Below are positions 16,249 through 18,485 of a stretch of 18,485 bases of DNA, piece by piece; the first letter of the stretch is position 1; every line of letters begins with the position of its first letter. This DNA comes from Elusimicrobiota bacterium (GTDB taxonomy: Bacteria; CG03; SLGR01; JAGXOG01), in contig JBNJDT010000028.1 in the NCBI GenBank assembly GCA_051745145.1, positions 1-18,485 on the forward strand, written 5' to 3'. The position numbers were made by a program, and so were the translations under genes. The notes beneath the pieces are model-generated. The model saw nothing but the letters and a program-made list of their open reading frames with translations, was not told the origin of the DNA and made no database searches.

Positions 16249-17025
16249 TTAACTTTTATTACCGACTTTTTTTAAATTTTTATCTATAGTTCCGTCAGGC
16301 AACAGCTCATCAGAACATTGTTCCCCTCTCTTTTTCTTCCAGTATCTAATACAATTCTCCCAATCTCCTTTACAATATTTAGTTATCCACTTTTTATCCA
16401 GAAAGCCACTCTCGTAAAAATATTTTATTGAAAAACTGGAATACCATTTACATTTTTTCACAAAAACCCCCAATTTTTTATAATTATTTTCCATACTTAA
16501 TTTTAAAGAATTATTATGTATCAAAACTGCCGGGTGACCTAACGGATAAATCTTTATATTGCCAGTAAAATATAGTTTACCTATAATATTTTTAAAAGCC
16601 TTTTTTTCCCGGGGCATTTGTAAATCATACTTATCAAAAATATACCTTGTGGCATAATACCCCAGAGGAGAAATTATAACCGGTTTAACACGTTTTATTT
16701 CTTCATTCAGATAACTACTGCAACGGTTTATTTCCTTTTGTTTTGGATTTCTGTAGTTTGGGAGTTTACACTTTATAAGATTTGTCATATATATATCATT
16801 TCTGCTGACACCGGCTTTGGAAAGTAAAGAATTTAATACTTTTCCCGACGGACCGATGAACATCTTACCCCGTCTATCTTCAGTTTCTCCCGGCGCTTGT
16901 GCAATAAGCATAAGATTAGCGTCATTATTTCCCTCCCCGCAGAGAGCATTTTTCCTACTCTGGAATAATACACATTTTTTACAATTTTTAATTTTAGTAC
17001 ATAAATTCAATATTTTACATATCAA
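16249..17025 (-). CDS. Uracil-DNA glycosylase family 4-like (4Fe-4S) with extra C-terminal Cys-containing domain
   Basis: CKKC, GEGN..A.LMLIAQAPGETED..G..FIGPSG, YMTNLIKC, RNP...EI..C..YL..EI, HPA. The TTG start overlapping the upstream TGA is uncertain. Confidence 0.85.
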   Translation of the reverse strand: MICKILNLCTKIKNCKKCVLFQSRKNALCGEGNNDANLMLIAQAPGETEDRRGKMFIGPSGKVLNSLLSKAGVSRNDIYMTNLIKCKLPNYRNPKQKEINRCSSYLNEEIKRVKPVIISPLGYYATRYIFDKYDLQMPREKKAFKNIIGKLYFTGNIKIYPLGHPAVLIHNNSLKLSMENNYKKLGVFVKKCKWYSSFSIKYFYESGFLDKKWITKYCKGDWENCIRYWKKKRGEQCSDELLPDGTIDKNLKKVGNKS

Positions 17026-18371
17026 TCCATTTTAACAGCATCTATTGCTGCCTGAACTATACTATATTTTGTAGGAGGGGGGGTAAGACACGGATGGGTG
17101 GCCATCTGAAATGACTGGAGCTCACTTTTTGAAACATTTTTCTGTATAGCCAGTCCTATTGTATTAATAATTTCTCCCGCCGACGCTCCACCGGCTACCT
17201 GTCCCCCCATAAGTATTCCCGAATCTTTAGAAAAAATAAGTTTTACGGTAAGTTTATTAGCTCCCGGTATACTCCCCGGATGTTTATCTACACCACTAGC
17301 TTTACCTACTGTAACTTCAAAATTTTCTTTTTGAGCTTTTGATTCAGTTAAACCCGCTGAAGCAAGGACAAGTCCAGACAAATAAGTTGAATACGCTGCT
17401 ATAGTACCTTTGTTTTCTCTTATTACTTTAAGCTCATACAGGTTTGCACCGGCAATTCGAGATTCGGCAGTTGCTGTAGAAGCTAACATTACATTGGCAT
17501 CTTTTCTTGTAAAAAAATCACGTTTGCCGGCACAATCCCCTACTGCAAAGATATCATCATCTACCGTTCTCATATATTCATCAACCCATATACTTTTATC
17601 CGAACCTTTTGTGATACCGGCTTCCTCGGCAAGTTTTGTATTCGGTACTCCCCCTATACATAAAATCACCATATCCGCTTCAACTTGCTTTCCACTTGAT
17701 AATTTTACTTTTTCTACTTTTTCACTGCCTTTAATCTCTTCAACTTTTTCCCCGGTAAGTATATTTACTCCTTTTTCCTGTAATTTCTTTTTCGCTATAT
17801 TGGAAAATTGTTTATCAAATGAATTTGCAATAATATTAGGCATCATTTCCACTAAATTAACATTTTTTCCCGTTAATTTAGAGATCTCATCACAGAATTC
17901 AATACCGATAAATCCCCCGCCTATTACAACTATATTTTCACTATCTTTAATTTTTTGAACCATACTTTTAAGATAATCAAAATCTTTTTTTACCGAAAAT
18001 ACATTTTCAAGTTCTAATCCGTCAATTGGAGGTTCTATCGGAGATGAACCGGTCGCAAGAACAAGTTTCTCATAAGTATAATAATCACCCTTTGCGGTTT
18101 TAGCTTTTTTGGAATCTCTGTCTATTTCAACAACTTCATCTATGATAACCGATACACCCAACTCCTTTAAGGGTTCAAAAGACATTACATTTTCTTCTGG
18201 TTTTTCAAGAGAATTTATCATATAGGGTATCCCGCAGGGTACAACTGAAGATTTAATATCTTTTATTACTGTCACTGATTTATCCGAATAATATTTCCTA
18301 GCGGTTCCCGCTGTAACTACGGCCGCAGGACCTCCTCCAACAATTAAAATTTCTGATTTTTTAGTTTCCAT
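17022..18371 (-). CDS. FAD-dependent pyridine nucleotide-disulfide oxidoreductase (CoA-disulfide reductase/NADH oxidase-like)
   Basis: IVGGGPAA (FAD), VPCGIPY (single redox Cys), LATGS, IGGGFIGIE (NAD(P)H), IFAVGDCA, dimerisation domain THPCLT; SD AAGGAG. Confidence 0.92.
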   Translation of the reverse strand: METKKSEILIVGGGPAAVVTAGTARKYYSDKSVTVIKDIKSSVVPCGIPYMINSLEKPEENVMSFEPLKELGVSVIIDEVVEIDRDSKKAKTAKGDYYTYEKLVLATGSSPIEPPIDGLELENVFSVKKDFDYLKSMVQKIKDSENIVVIGGGFIGIEFCDEISKLTGKNVNLVEMMPNIIANSFDKQFSNIAKKKLQEKGVNILTGEKVEEIKGSEKVEKVKLSSGKQVEADMVILCIGGVPNTKLAEEAGITKGSDKSIWVDEYMRTVDDDIFAVGDCAGKRDFFTRKDANVMLASTATAESRIAGANLYELKVIRENKGTIAAYSTYLSGLVLASAGLTESKAQKENFEVTVGKASGVDKHPGSIPGANKLTVKLIFSKDSGILMGGQVAGGASAGEIINTIGLAIQKNVSKSELQSFQMATHPCLTPPPTKYSIVQAAIDAVKMD

Positions 18372-18485
18372 TATTTTCTCCTTTTAAAATATATTACCAA
18401 TCTCCAAACTTTTCCTTCTTTACTTTTTTTAAGCTTTACTCTCTCTTTTCTATGCACCATATTTTCCGACTATTTCTTTTAATAT

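Noticed and set aside
2877..17958. Other short ORFs overlapping assigned genes (e.g. 3552-3815, 5407-5682, 6312-6536, 7742-7990, 9104-9906, 10392-10595, 11502-12286, 15653-15979, 17410-17958)
   Set aside because: Antisense or out-of-frame overlaps of well-supported CDSs, with no independent signals.
8842..18371. Selenocysteine or stop-codon read-through in the dpaL or redox genes
   Set aside because: All ORFs are full length for their families with no in-frame TGA at catalytic positions.

Overview
AT-rich bacterial window with 16 credible CDSs, 14 on the minus strand; no rRNA, tRNA, CRISPR array or transposase seen. Left: a 900-aa lipoprotein whose CsgG-like domain is split by a ~600-aa coiled coil made of ten 57-aa repeats and ends in TPRs, a 576-aa transglutaminase/papain-like hypothetical protein, and a Nif3/YqfO protein. 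Middle (about 5850-8840): a small accessory island with two toxin-antitoxin-like pairs (HTH + Doc; wHTH + DUF6036-like nucleotidyltransferase), each with a sigma70 promoter overlapped or followed by operator-like repeats, around an orphan exported protein bracketed by a 37-bp direct repeat. Right: dpaL, a small membrane protein, typA, an ABC-2 exporter with a probably leaderless transcript, a DUF364 + cysteine desulfidase-like pair under a perfect 25-bp Fur-family palindrome, a variant family-4 uracil-DNA glycosylase with an extra C-terminal domain, and a CoA-disulfide reductase/NADH oxidase-like flavoprotein. All family calls come from motif recognition by eye; no database search was run.
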